A stretch of DNA of 62,261 nucleotides, counting the filler, from Sanchytrium tribonematis (lineage: Eukaryota), in NCBI GenBank assembly GCA_018985235.1. It is 8 parts of 8 records of this genome, joined end to end, with 100 filler letters (N's around TTAATTAATTAA, not from the genome) between each part and the next. Parts side by side here need not be neighbours in the genome. Positions count along the whole stretch, not along the records: positions 31,289 to 38,964 come from JADGIG010000422.1; positions 39,065 to 46,733 come from JADGIG010000423.1; positions 46,834 to 54,498 come from JADGIG010000424.1; 5 more parts are not named here. One strand, given 5' to 3'. Both the position numbers and the translations under genes were made by a program. This document shows, in pieces, positions 36,528 through 47,815 of the stretch (its first letter is position 1; each line of letters starts with the position of its first letter). The notes beneath the pieces are model-generated. The model ran no database searches, was not told the DNA's origin, and worked only from the letters and a program-made list of their open reading frames with translations.

Positions 36528-38964
36528 TTATGGTTTGTAGTCCTTGAGCTCTTTAAACTCTCTATCCATAGTTCTAATTGAATCAAAGCTGGGCTTTGAA
36601 CTCATTGAATGACTCAAATCTTCTGATATTTTACGGCGGCCCTTTCTAGGGCCGTCAATCATCAAATCTATTATTATTGTGAAAGCATCGTTCCAAGCAT
36701 CTGTAGTTTCAGAGTCCAGAGTATCTTCTAAAAGAAATTTGATTGATTTCATGAAAGCCGAATGCACATTGGAGAACATTTCCGGGCTTACTTTGTACTC
36801 TGTGATATGCTTTTTACCCAATTCTCGAATTTTGTCCTCATTTTCTTCTAAAAATTCCAATTTTTTTACCATGATGTTCATAACTCCGCCAAAAGCTCTC
36901 GACTTTGAAAAAATATTCGGAAACATAATCTGAAGCTTGGCATCCTCTTGAAAAAGTAAATCAAAAAATACAAGCGAGACAACTGTAGTTGGACTAGTGG
37001 ATTCATTTAGTAAGTCCTGATTTATAAACTTGAATTGAATTTTGGAAATATCTGGTTTGAAGTGTTCCAATTTGCGCCATGTCTTTTGGATCAGTGCAAC
37101 TTGCAGCGGAGTGGGTCGCATTTTCCTGATCAATTTGCTTGCGGAGCTAGAGGTCTCTGAAAATTTCTTCTCTTTTTTTAATAGTCCCTGAATCATGATA
37201 GCATTTACTTGTTCAAATGCTTCGTACCACGCATTTCTAATCTCAACATCAAAGTCTGCCTGTAAAAATTCTTTTAATGTAGCTATTAATGCATCTCTTA
37301 TGTATTCGTAGAATTCAGGCTTAACGCCATATTTTTCATTATGCTTTTTCCCTAATTCTCGGATTTTTTCCTCGTATTGATCAAGAAATTCAAGCTTTTC
37401 AACCAATGTGAAAATTAAACCTGTAAATGCTTTGGTTTGTATCTCTGCATTTGATAAATACTGGTGTAATTCAGAGTGTTCCCAAAATAGATTATCGAAA
37501 AATTTAATGCAAAAAACTGTTTGTATGGCCAATTCTTGATCACCCTTGCTCTGAAGCAATTCTTGACTCAGTCTTCTGAGCTTCAGAGAATTCACTGATA
37601 TGTCTTTTGAGAGCAACTTGTCCCAAGTTTCGCGAATCAGTTGAATTTGGTCAGCAGAAAGACCGTCAGTTATTTCGATCATTGAAAATCTCCTTTTTGA
37701 GAATTCGTCTGTCATCATTGAGATAACCACATTAAAAGAAGTTCTCCAACATTTCTGAATATGTTCAGTGAATTTGTCGGATAAAAATTCTCCCAAAGTT
37801 CTGATGACAGCGTCAGTAAATTTCGGCAAAGTTTCTATCGGAATTCTTAGTTTTTCAAAGTGCTTTCTACCAACCTCTTTGAATTTTTTCTCATTTTGTG
37901 TGGAATATTCCGCGCTAAACAAAACCGCGTTGATCATTGCTAAAAAAGCTCTTTTCTGAATTTGTTCAGTTGGAAAGTAATTACGCAAAGAAGGGTGGTC
38001 GTAAAATAAGTTGTCAAATAACCTTAAAGAAAACAACTCCGTGTTGGATAGTTCATTAACTTCAGGAATTAGAGCTTTAATATCAATACATTTAAACCTG
38101 AATCGATTTTCGAATTTCATAAGTTTTACCAATTCCCAAGATTTTCTTAGCAAGTCTACTTCTTCGAGAGATAAAGCGTCTTTGTTATTAATTTTGAGAC
38201 CAGTCGGACTTTTGTATTCTCTTGAACCTTCCATTAGCAAGGTAACTATATTTCTCATTGATATTTTCCAGGCTTTTTTTGCTTCTTCTGTTAATTTGTT
38301 ATCCAGTAATTCGTTGAATGTCAGTACAAGAATATCTATGTATATCTCTAAATAGTCCTTTTTCATTTTCCAATTTTCAAAAAATTTGAAGCCTTTGTCT
38401 CGGAGGTCGTCCTCATTTTCTGAAATTTTGTCACTATAATTTAAAGTCAAGTCAATAATGTCGGAAAAGAATTGAATTTGTCTAGTAGAATCTGCAAACA
38501 TCGGCTTAAAGTGAGGTTCCCTAATAAATAGATTGTCATAAAATTTCATGGAGATAAAGGTTCTAATTTGTGGTTTACCGTCAAGAAGTTTCATGGCTAG
38601 AAGTACTTGCTGATCCACGCCTTTGATATGAAGATTGTTACTAGTCAATTTTAGTTTCAGCAAGTCATCCCAAGACTGTTGCATTAAGTCCATCTGCTCA
38701 AAAGACGAATCTTTCAAGCGTTTGGATACAGATTCTAAAATGCTTTTTTTACGAGGGCCTTCGATCATCATTTCAATTAAACACTGAAAACAATTTGTCC
38801 ATGCCACTTCATGGTCTTCATTAAAATCGTCTTTCAAAAACTCCTTTATAGTCAGAACTAGAACAGCGACCATTTGGCTGTACATTTCTGGCTTCACTTT
38901 AAGCTTTTCTGTATGTTTCCGGCCAATTTCTCTAATTTTATCTTCATTTTCAGCCAAATTTTCA
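36528..38964 (-). CDS. Multi-domain globin (at least 5 tandem globin domains), 5'-partial
   Basis: Repeats with helix-A L....LIR.SW, F(F/Y)DNLF..P.L..F, LG(K/R)KH proximal His, V.PE.Y, and helix-H ..AW...F..I...MI.G. Confidence 0.88.
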
Positions 38965-39064
38965 NNNNNNNNNNNNNNNNNNNNNNNNNNNNNNNNNNNN
39001 NNNNNNNNTTAATTAATTAANNNNNNNNNNNNNNNNNNNNNNNNNNNNNNNNNNNNNNNNNNNN
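38965..39064. other. Artificial contig spacer
   Basis: 100-nt N/TTAATTAATTAA linker. Confidence 0.98.
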
Positions 39065-39300
39065 AATCCGAAGATAATCAGGTCAAAGTCAATCTTGTCA
39101 AGGCCCCCATGCCAAGCAAGATTATCAAATTACTAGTTAAAGCTGGGGATGATGTAGATGTAGGACAATCACTGATTGTAATTGAAGCTATGAAAATGGA
39201 GCATGTTATTAAAAGTACTTTGAAAGGCAGCATAAAGAAAGTGAATTGCGAGGTTGCTGAAATGGTGACTGACAAAAAAGTCTTGATCGAATTAGAATAA
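39065..39300 (+). CDS. C-terminal biotinyl domain of a biotin-dependent carboxylase (e.g. MCC/PCC alpha), 5'-partial
   Basis: KAPMP...VKAGD.V..GQ.L..IEAMKMEH. Confidence 0.85.
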
Positions 39301-39359
39301 ATTTTTACGCATCGAGAGTATTGGAATGAATTTTTACAATCTGAAACAAGCTTTTAAAA

Positions 39360-41637
39360 ATGCTAAGTCGACTTTTGAAAATTTCTCACAACACGATTCA
39401 TCAATTACTATACAATATAGGGAGTAAGAATGAAGCTGAATGGTATTTAAATCACTTTAGTAGTGCGGATCAATTTGCGGTCATTAAAGTTGGAGGAGGT
39501 GTTCTTGAGCAAAATATGGAAGAATTGTCGACTGCACTTGTGTTTTTGCAGAATGTTGGATTGTATCCTATTGTTGTACATGGAAGCGGTCCCCAAATGA
39601 ATGCAGAACTGGATCGGTTGCAGATCCCTAAAAAATATGAAGAAGGCATTCGAGTAACTGACAGTGACACCCTGAAAGTAGCCAAAAGATTATTTATAAA
39701 GCAAAATCTTAGACTTTGTGATGCAATCGAAAAACTTGGAGTGAGAACAAGGCCTTTCTATTGCGGAATTTTTGAGGCGGATTATTTGGATAAATCCAAG
39801 TATGGCTATGTTGGTAATATCACCAAAGTGAACAAAAAACTACTTAAGAGTGCAATATCTCATGGGGCATTACCAATTTTGACAAGTCTCGCAGAAACAT
39901 CTGATGGCCAATCCTTGAATATAAACGCAGACATTGCGGCGGTGGAGCTTGCGAAAGAATTGGAACCGTAATTTATTTTCACAAAGATTAAAGATTGTTT
40001 TCATAAACGAAACAGGTGGAATGTTTCACGACAAAAAGAAGATCAATGTTATAAATATGGATCAAGAATTTGACCAATATATGAAAATGGATTGGGTTAA
40101 ATATGGAACTAGGCTAAAACTGAAGCAATTTCATGAACTCCTTCACCACTTACCTCGTACAAGTAGTATCTCCATCACTAGTGCGACCCAATTACAAAGA
40201 GAACTTTTCACGCATAAAGGTGCTGGCACTTTAATTCGTAGAGGCTTTAAAATCCAAAAGCACGATATTGACAGTGTCAATATAGATCTACTTCGTCACC
40301 AGCTTAAAGATCATTATTTATTCAAAGACGTTAGTCTCACTCTATTTCTTGGCTCGCTTCACGACTGCGATATTTATTGCGATGAGGCATATGAGTGCAT
40401 AGTGATTGTCAAAAGGATGGACTACCCATTTATCGTTTTATTTCATGCACATAAATCTGCGCTTCTGAATGATGTGCACGAAATGATATTTGAGAATATT
40501 ATGAAAGATTACGAAAAATTTATGTGGGTGATACATCACGAAAATGTTGAAAAGCTTTGGCACTTTAAAAAAGCAACAGGCACGCTTAAGTCACAAGATG
40601 AAATAATATTGTGGAAAGGCAATAATTTGGAAAAAGTACAATCTCAATATGATTCTTATCGTAAAGTATTCCAGAGAGATGTTGGAAAGAGATTTTATTC
40701 AACTTTAAAATATTCCACAAAAAGACGGTATTCCCAAAAAATTAGTAATGTCGGGCTTATCGGTGCACGAGGGTACACTGGACAAGAGCTCATTAATATT
40801 ATTGCTAGGCATCCCAATTTGAAGCTAGAGTGTGTAAGCAGCAGAGAATTGAAAGGCAAAAAAGTTGAAAACACAGACGTGACATATTCTTTAATAGACC
40901 CAAAAGACATTAAGACATTTAAGGTAGATGCGTGGATATTAGCACTACCTAATTTATTAAGCACTAATTACGTAAAAGAAATAGAAACACCGGTAGTAGA
41001 TCTTAGTGCTGATCATAGATTCACCGACGACTGGGTATACGGATTGCCCGAACTCCATCGAAATAAAATTAAAAAACAGGCGAAAATTTCGAACCCTGGG
41101 TGTTATGCAACTGGTATGCAATTAGCTCTGGCCCCAATATTGACGAGAATTCACCCGAATCCTCACATTTTTGGTGTGAGTGGATATAGTGGTGCAGGAA
41201 CTACTAAAAGCAAGTATAACGATATAGACTTTTTGGACAAAAATATCGTACCGTATAAATTACAACAGCATATACACGAAAAGGAGGTTTCCCGGCATCT
41301 TATGCCGATCCAATTTACGCCGCATGTCTCTTATCATTTTAGGGGCATTGTTTTGACAATCCATGTTCATTTACATGGCAAATCTAGCAAGGAGCAATTA
41401 ATTAAAGCCTACAAAGATTTTTATATCAATGAACCATTGGTTAGAGTTATAGAGGAGATTCCAAATCTGAAGGATATCAAGAATCAACATCACGTAGAAA
41501 TTGGTGGATTTAGCGTCCACGATGACAGAGCGGTAATTGTTTGCACAATTGATAATTTACTAAAAGGAGCTGCAACACAATGCATTCAAAATCTTAACTT
41601 GGCTTTAGAATATCCAGAATTTGCAGGGATCATTTAG
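39360..41637 (+). CDS. ARG5,6: Acetylglutamate kinase / N-acetyl-gamma-glutamyl-phosphate reductase polyprotein; exons 39360-39967 and 39987-41637
   Basis: FAVIKVGG, VHGSGPQ, NINAD; spliced ELEP|LKIVFINE; Arg-rich KRFYS/RRYS processing linker; GLIGARGYTG, SNPGCYAT, DNLLKGAA. Confidence 0.96.
39968..39986 (+). other. 19-nt spliceosomal intron
   Basis: gtaatttattttcacaaag; removal restores the conserved EPLKIV motif. Confidence 0.92.
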
Positions 41638-41788
41638 AGTTATTGCGAATAAATTAATTTGAACTTGTGACTGATCAATAAAACGACAAAATATAATATG
41701 CCAATCAACTTGTCTGAAATAGCTGATGTGGTCAGATCACTAAAACCTATTACGGCTTTATAAGCAGGTCTCGCGCATTTTTTCAATA

Positions 41789-41986
41789 ATGACGGCCCCC
41801 ATGATTAATACTGATATTTTGGAAGAAATTCAAGAATATTATGGAAATTGCGAGGTTCAACACAGTATATACGATTTAATTCGCGACTTAGAAGGGGACA
41901 TCCAAGAGATGAAGGAGAGAGTACGATATCTAAAAGAAATGGAGAAGAGCAATGGCCATGGTAAAAAATATAGCTGCTACAATTAA
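41789..41986 (+). CDS. Small hypothetical coiled-coil protein
   Basis: 65-aa ORF filling the intergenic space. Confidence 0.35.
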   Translation: MTAPMINTDILEEIQEYYGNCEVQHSIYDLIRDLEGDIQEMKERVRYLKEMEKSNGHGKKYSCYN

Positions 41987-42018
41987 TAAAATTTACTGGT
42001 TGAAAATCTAAGCCACAT

Positions 42019-43650
42019 ATGATTTTTTTGTTTTTGACGCGCCATGTAGCTCAAAGTGTATCTTGCTCGACTATTTTTGACGAGATAACAAGTTTTGATA
42101 ATCTTGACTACACCACATATACAACTTTAAGTGAAAAATGTGAAACATACAATGACATGGAAAATACTGCTACTTCGATCCTGTCTTGGTACGTTGAACC
42201 CACATCTTCCGCTGATTTTACAATGAGTACAATAGAATCAGAATCAGTTGAAACATTAGAAACAAGTCAGAATCTTGACACAACATTGGTTTACCAGGCG
42301 ACTCAAGAATCACATACCTCAGATCTCTCGTCTACTCAAAGCTTTGAAGTATCCACAACTCAACAATTAGAACAAAATTCTAATACACCGGATTTCTCTT
42401 TTACATCCGCAACTCTACAAGTATCTCAGGATTCGTTATCATCAGACATCGTGTCCTGGAGTAATTGGTTCACATCACAGTCTACGGAAATGACCACTAC
42501 TACAATCTCTAGTGATTATTCATCTCTGACTGATCAAGTTGCTCAACAAAGTACTTTTACAGAGCAGACTGATAGTTTTATAACTATAGTACAAAAGCAT
42601 TCAACAAATATATCAAGCATAATTTATCCTACCTCTTTGTCAACAGATGTCAAGCCATTATCAACTTCAAGTCTGTATTTGTTTACTGATACACCTTTAA
42701 CGGCGCTTGTGACTGATACAATCACCAATTCCCAAAAAATGTCCGATACAAGTACATTTTCAATAGGTCCTATAATATTGACTACAACATCATCAGACAC
42801 AGAAAGTCAGATAGAAGTAGATCTCACAACTTTACAATCAATTTTTGAACAGCAGTCCTCAGTTTCAATAAGCGCTTCACCAGCAACGACCAATTTCTAT
42901 ATTGCCAGTCAGAGTGTTGCAACATTGAAAACTTCAAGAAACACGTTTGAAGAAACTTCAACTTCTCAGTCTCTTGATCTAGCAAATGAGCTAGGGGTCT
43001 TGTCAACAAATCACATTTCGCAAATGAGTTCGTCTGTGGCATCAGAAACGACTCTTCCACTATCTTCAAACATACCTGGCCCTGATCCTGGAATTTTAAG
43101 TGCAATCAATTCGACCGGAGCGATTGCCGGACTTTCAGCTGGACTATTGTTTGCGCTATTGATTCTAATCATTTTATGCCTGAGATGTGGCCCAGGTAAG
43201 AAAATCAGTCGTCGCCTGCTGGATGAAGAAGTTCCGCAATCTTCGTTGAAAAGAAATGACAAAATATCAGAATCAGTGAAGTCAGAGCCAACAATAAACA
43301 CAAATAACGCACCTGTTCATTCAAGCCCACAACTTGAAGGTTTTAACACAGCCAATATACCTAAAACACCTATCCCAGAGTCTCCAGAAAGCCAACAAAA
43401 TGCAGCAATCATCCAAGGGCTTGGTGCTTCTACACTCTTCCGAAATAAAAATCGAAAAAAGTCTGAAGCCGTTGTACCTGGTCTAACGACACCAATTTCA
43501 GTAACACCAAATTCTCCAAGCAGAGTGACTCCTACAACTGGAAATAAAGTTTCTGGTGAAAAAGTAAATGTGGAAGCATTTCTAAATGTGGTCCGAGAAT
43601 TGGACAAAAAGGTATATGCTTCTAACTTAGATATCAGAAAAGAATATTAG
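42019..43650 (+). CDS. Ser/Thr-rich mucin-like single-pass membrane protein
   Basis: Signal-like start, long S/T-rich region, TM AIAGLSAGLLFALLILIILCL, cytoplasmic tail. Confidence 0.8.
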   Translation: MIFLFLTRHVAQSVSCSTIFDEITSFDNLDYTTYTTLSEKCETYNDMENTATSILSWYVEPTSSADFTMSTIESESVETLETSQNLDTTLVYQATQESHTSDLSSTQSFEVSTTQQLEQNSNTPDFSFTSATLQVSQDSLSSDIVSWSNWFTSQSTEMTTTTISSDYSSLTDQVAQQSTFTEQTDSFITIVQKHSTNISSIIYPTSLSTDVKPLSTSSLYLFTDTPLTALVTDTITNSQKMSDTSTFSIGPIILTTTSSDTESQIEVDLTTLQSIFEQQSSVSISASPATTNFYIASQSVATLKTSRNTFEETSTSQSLDLANELGVLSTNHISQMSSSVASETTLPLSSNIPGPDPGILSAINSTGAIAGLSAGLLFALLILIILCLRCGPGKKISRRLLDEEVPQSSLKRNDKISESVKSEPTINTNNAPVHSSPQLEGFNTANIPKTPIPESPESQQNAAIIQGLGASTLFRNKNRKKSEAVVPGLTTPISVTPNSPSRVTPTTGNKVSGEKVNVEAFLNVVRELDKKVYASNLDIRKEY

Positions 43651-43720
43651 CAGTCCCAAGTCTCAGTCAGATCCACTGGAACCCATTATAAAATAAACAA
43701 AATTTCCTTGTTTCGATTCA

Positions 43721-44152
43721 ATGATTATTTTACACAAATATCCTGGAATTTCGAGTGAAAACGGGAAAATAATATTTACAGATTACAGCAAGGTCTACGA
43801 AGTGGAATTATCACTATCTGAAATTGAGTCTGTTGAAATAAGAGATGTTCGAGTTGAAAACGACACAATAAAAATTAAAATACCACTATTACCGGGTTCA
43901 AAAATGTCCAAAGTAGGAATCACTAAAAGCCTCAAGGAAATAGAGATAACGGTAGAAGAATTTATGCTGCCGCTTTTGAGAAAGGGAGGGAGCGAATCAA
44001 CCAAAATATTTCTACAAATTATATATGATATTCAGGATATGCTTAAAAGTGGCAATCCAATAGAAGACATTCAAACAAAACTTGAAAATCCTGAGGATCT
44101 TGTAAGAGAAGCATTGAGCAATTATTTGGAAAGCAGTAAATTTTCTCCTTAA
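43721..44152 (+). CDS. Hypothetical protein, possibly with an XLF/XRCC4-like head
   Basis: KIIFTDYSKVYEVEL...EEFMLPLLR followed by a helical region. Confidence 0.45.
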   Translation: MIILHKYPGISSENGKIIFTDYSKVYEVELSLSEIESVEIRDVRVENDTIKIKIPLLPGSKMSKVGITKSLKEIEITVEEFMLPLLRKGGSESTKIFLQIIYDIQDMLKSGNPIEDIQTKLENPEDLVREALSNYLESSKFSP

Positions 44153-44160
44153 AATTAAAA

Positions 44161-45369
44161 ATGTACACCGATGCGGGACAAATTTTAAAAAAATGCAACA
44201 CAAAATCTCAAGTGAGACAAAGGCTTTATAAAAGCAAATCAATTCACGTCCGACAAATAATGCCTTTACTTGAGAATGTGCTTCTCAATCGAAGTTCGCT
44301 CCAGGAGCTTTTACCGATTATAAAGCACATAGATCTGGATCAAGATGTAAAATTGTGCTGTATCTACGACATGGTTTATAGCAAAAATAGAAAATCTCAG
44401 TTTTTGTCAAGTTTTGACGACGTTAAGTTAAAAAAACAATTACTTCTCTGCAGAAACAAGTTGAAGCTAGCTGCTACTAAAAACATAAGCCGAAGAATAA
44501 AGCCTTATAAGTATGCAAGAATTAATAAGATTGTCACAAGCAAAGATGAGCTGATAGAGGATTACGGAGGCACCCTTAATTTTGACAAACATGTACCTAA
44601 TTTACTTATTTTTAAACCTGACGAGGATTTGGCGAATTCTGACCTTGTTTTGGAAAAGTGTCTAATTATACAGGATAAATCATCCTGTCTTCCAGCGGTA
44701 ATCTTAAATCCTTCTAAAAATGACAATGTGTTAGATGCTACCGCAGCTCCAGGAAACAAAACATTGCAACTTTTTGAATTTTGCGAAAATGTAACTGCGT
44801 GTGAGAAAGATAGAAACAGGTATGAATTTATGAGGAGAAGATTCGAAGATTATGATGCATCTGTGAGGACTTTAAATATTGACTTTTTAGATTTAGAGCC
44901 TATTGAAGATATCACTCATATTCTTTTGGATCCAAGCTGCAGTGGCTCAGGAACTCTTGACTATGGAGTAAGCTATAATGATAACGAAATTTTTGATCTT
45001 TCCATACTGCAAGTAAGATTATTGATTAAAGCACTCACTTTTCCAAGTCTTAGGAGATTTACATACTCGACGTGCTCAATCAATTACGAGGAAAATGAAC
45101 AAGTTGTTCTTGCTATTCTTTATTATGCCCAATTATGTAATATCAAATTAAGGCTTGTCGAGATTGATATGCATGAATTTAGGTCTACTGAGAAAGCAAG
45201 ACAGGATGATTCATTGGAGCTTTTGATCAGTACTCTAGATTTCATCATCGATGAAAATATTCTTGGAAGTGTTGTGAATAATACACCTCTTAATTATTGT
45301 CTGAGATTGTGCAGAGAAGAGCATAATACTGGTGGATTTTTTGTAGCTCTCTTTGAAATAGTACAATAA
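44161..45369 (+). CDS. RCM1: rRNA cytosine-C5 methyltransferase, NSUN5/Rcm1 type
   Basis: YARIN, IIQDKSSCLPA, LDATAAPGNKT, ILLDPSCSGSG, YSTCS...ENE, GFFVALF. Confidence 0.88.
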   Translation: MYTDAGQILKKCNTKSQVRQRLYKSKSIHVRQIMPLLENVLLNRSSLQELLPIIKHIDLDQDVKLCCIYDMVYSKNRKSQFLSSFDDVKLKKQLLLCRNKLKLAATKNISRRIKPYKYARINKIVTSKDELIEDYGGTLNFDKHVPNLLIFKPDEDLANSDLVLEKCLIIQDKSSCLPAVILNPSKNDNVLDATAAPGNKTLQLFEFCENVTACEKDRNRYEFMRRRFEDYDASVRTLNIDFLDLEPIEDITHILLDPSCSGSGTLDYGVSYNDNEIFDLSILQVRLLIKALTFPSLRRFTYSTCSINYEENEQVVLAILYYAQLCNIKLRLVEIDMHEFRSTEKARQDDSLELLISTLDFIIDENILGSVVNNTPLNYCLRLCREEHNTGGFFVALFEIVQ

Positions 45370-45434
45370 ATTCTGCGTGGATTAATTTGCTTCCAATAAC
45401 CATTTTATTTTCATTTGGCAAAAAACTCTCAAAC

Positions 45435-46733
45435 ATGTGGGAATTGGCAATTGTAGCAATAATCTCATATTTGTTCTACGACTATCTCAAAGACGTTTGC
45501 TGGTGGATAGACGGGCCTACAAATTGGCTTGGAATTGGAAACTCAATTGAGGTGAGTATGAATTATGACACACTTTTAGATTATTTTCTTGGGAAATTTA
45601 GCAAGCTCCAAACATTCACTTTAAAGATCATGACTTTTCCAAGATACGTAGTTTCTAATAATGCCAAAAATGTGAAATATGTATTAAAGGATAATTTTGA
45701 AAATTTTGAAAAAGGCAAAGAATTTCAGAATAACTTTGAGACATTGCTAGGAGATGGAATTTTTAGCATGGATGGGCCTAAATGGAAAGCTCAAAGACAT
45801 GCTGCCGCAAAGATATTTCATGTAGCTAATTTTCGAGATAACATGATTCATGTATTTAAACGCCATTTAAAAATAGTTTGCTTAATTTTAAATCAAGGTA
45901 AGGCTGTCGATTTTCACGAGTTGATGCATAAATTTACATTAGACAGTTTCTCTGAAATTGGGTTTGGTCAAAGCGTCGATAGTTTAGTAAACAAAGAATC
46001 AAGCTTCGCTGTTGCTTTTGATAAATTGCAATGTTTGGTTAACGAATCATTCTTTTTACCGAAATTTGTAGTCACCCTTAAAGATTTAATTCTCAACAGA
46101 TACAAATTGAAAAACAATTACAAAAAAACTATTGACCAATTTAGTTACTCAATTATTCAGACTAGACTACAAAAGGGCGACGTTGACAAGGACGATTTGT
46201 TGTGTCATTTTCTAAGAATGAAAAAAGAAACTGGCGAGACTTACAAACCAGAAGATCTTAGAAACATTGTCATGAATTTTATTATTGCTGGCAGAGATAC
46301 AACTGCACAAGCAATCAGTTGGACAATATACGAACTTCGAAATAGAAGTGATATTATTGAGAAAATTAGAGCAGAAGTAAAAGCAAAAGTCCAAGATCTT
46401 GACTCTCCTACATACAACGAGGTGAACTCACTAGTTTACACCACAGCTGTTTTTAACGAATGTCTCAGGCTACATCCAAGTGTCCCAAAGAACATCAAAT
46501 ATGCAATTCGTGACGATGTTTTGCCAGACGGCACCAAAATTCGTAAAGGATGGGGTGTTCTTTGGTCTACCTATTGTATGGCAAGAAATCCTGAAATTTG
46601 GGGTGTTGATTGTGATGAGCTAAAACCGGAAAGATTTTTAACCAAAAATTATGATCCTTCCGTCAACTTCTCGTTTCATGCAGGGCCACGTACATGCCTT
46701 GGCCAAAATATGGCAATTCTCGAGGCTGTATCA
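45435..46733 (+). CDS. Cytochrome P450 (fatty-acid hydroxylase-like), 3'-partial
   Basis: LLGDGIF, IAGRDTT, ECLRLHP, PERF, FHAGPRTCLG heme motif. Confidence 0.95.
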
Positions 46734-46833
46734 NNNNNNNNNNNNNNNNNNNNNNNNNNNNNNNNNNNNNNNNNNNNTTAATTAATTAANNNNNNNNNNN
46801 NNNNNNNNNNNNNNNNNNNNNNNNNNNNNNNNN
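46734..46833. other. Artificial contig spacer
   Basis: 100-nt N/TTAATTAATTAA linker. Confidence 0.98.
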
Positions 46834-46920
46834 GGTATGACCATTATTAGTTTCTTATTTGAAGAGATTTCTATCATCAATGATTTCTTATTTTGGTGGG
46901 AATACGGACCAGATATTTAA
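46834..46920 (+). CDS. 3' end of a paralog of 47130..47786
   Basis: GMTIISFLFEEISIINDFLFWWEYGPDI* versus GKSFIDYLFAHSSLLVDFMVWWTYG*. Confidence 0.7.
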   Translation, partial: GMTIISFLFEEISIINDFLFWWEYGPDI

Positions 46921-47129
46921 AAATAAATGCAAATTTTAAATCATTTTTGCAACACAGTTTGAAACTGAAATGCCTTGCGCATTCGTAATGTAACATCATA
47001 AAAGATGTGTTGTGGCATCATTGCCTCTATTAGAATAGCCAGGATTGCTAAATTGATATTGGTTTTGCCACTTATGATGAAATAAATGACATCATTTTTT
47101 ATTTAAATAGAATCAATGGATTCCATCTC

Positions 47130-47786
47130 ATGTTGATAATCAGTCTATTATTTGCATTTGAATTGAGTCAATCATCATTTCTACATGATTGTGGATTCGT
47201 CATTGATCAATTTCGTCAAGATTGCATTTCGCAAGGCAAAAGCACGTTAAAAGATGTAGAATCATGTATTGTGGATCTAATGTCACAAGAACAACAAGAG
47301 CGATGTGCCAGTTGGTTCCGTAACATTGCAAGTGAGATTGGCACAGATGCCATATTGAAACCAGAACAAAAAGTCTTTATCGATGCGCAATACAAGCAAT
47401 TACAAGTATTGGAACTTCCAATGGTACTATCATCAGAACCATTAATCCCCAAAGCATGCCCTCACAACCTTGAAAAACGTCAAACAAGAGGATCCATTGG
47501 AGATCGAATTCGTCAAGGCACGTATAATGCATTCAGATGGTTGATGGTGCTATACGACATTGCATATCGCATTGGAAGAACCGTATGGATGTTACCAGCC
47601 ATGACCATTAGTGTCTTTTTAGCAGCTCCCTTCTTTTTGATTAACAAACACAAATTGGCATTTAAAAATAGCATGTGTTTGATGTACGGATTGTATGATA
47701 TTCTCATTGGAAAATCCTTTATTGATTACTTGTTTGCGCATAGTTCATTACTAGTTGATTTCATGGTATGGTGGACATACGGATAA
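47130..47786 (+). CDS. Putative secreted pre-pro-protein (signal, Cys-rich pro region, LEKR, hydrophobic C-terminal peptide)
   Basis: MLIISLLFA signal; HNLEKR dibasic site; C-terminal amphipathic and hydrophobic helices. Confidence 0.7.
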   Translation: MLIISLLFAFELSQSSFLHDCGFVIDQFRQDCISQGKSTLKDVESCIVDLMSQEQQERCASWFRNIASEIGTDAILKPEQKVFIDAQYKQLQVLELPMVLSSEPLIPKACPHNLEKRQTRGSIGDRIRQGTYNAFRWLMVLYDIAYRIGRTVWMLPAMTISVFLAAPFFLINKHKLAFKNSMCLMYGLYDILIGKSFIDYLFAHSSLLVDFMVWWTYG

Positions 47787-47815
47787 AAATAAATGCAATT
47801 TTGATTTTATTATAA

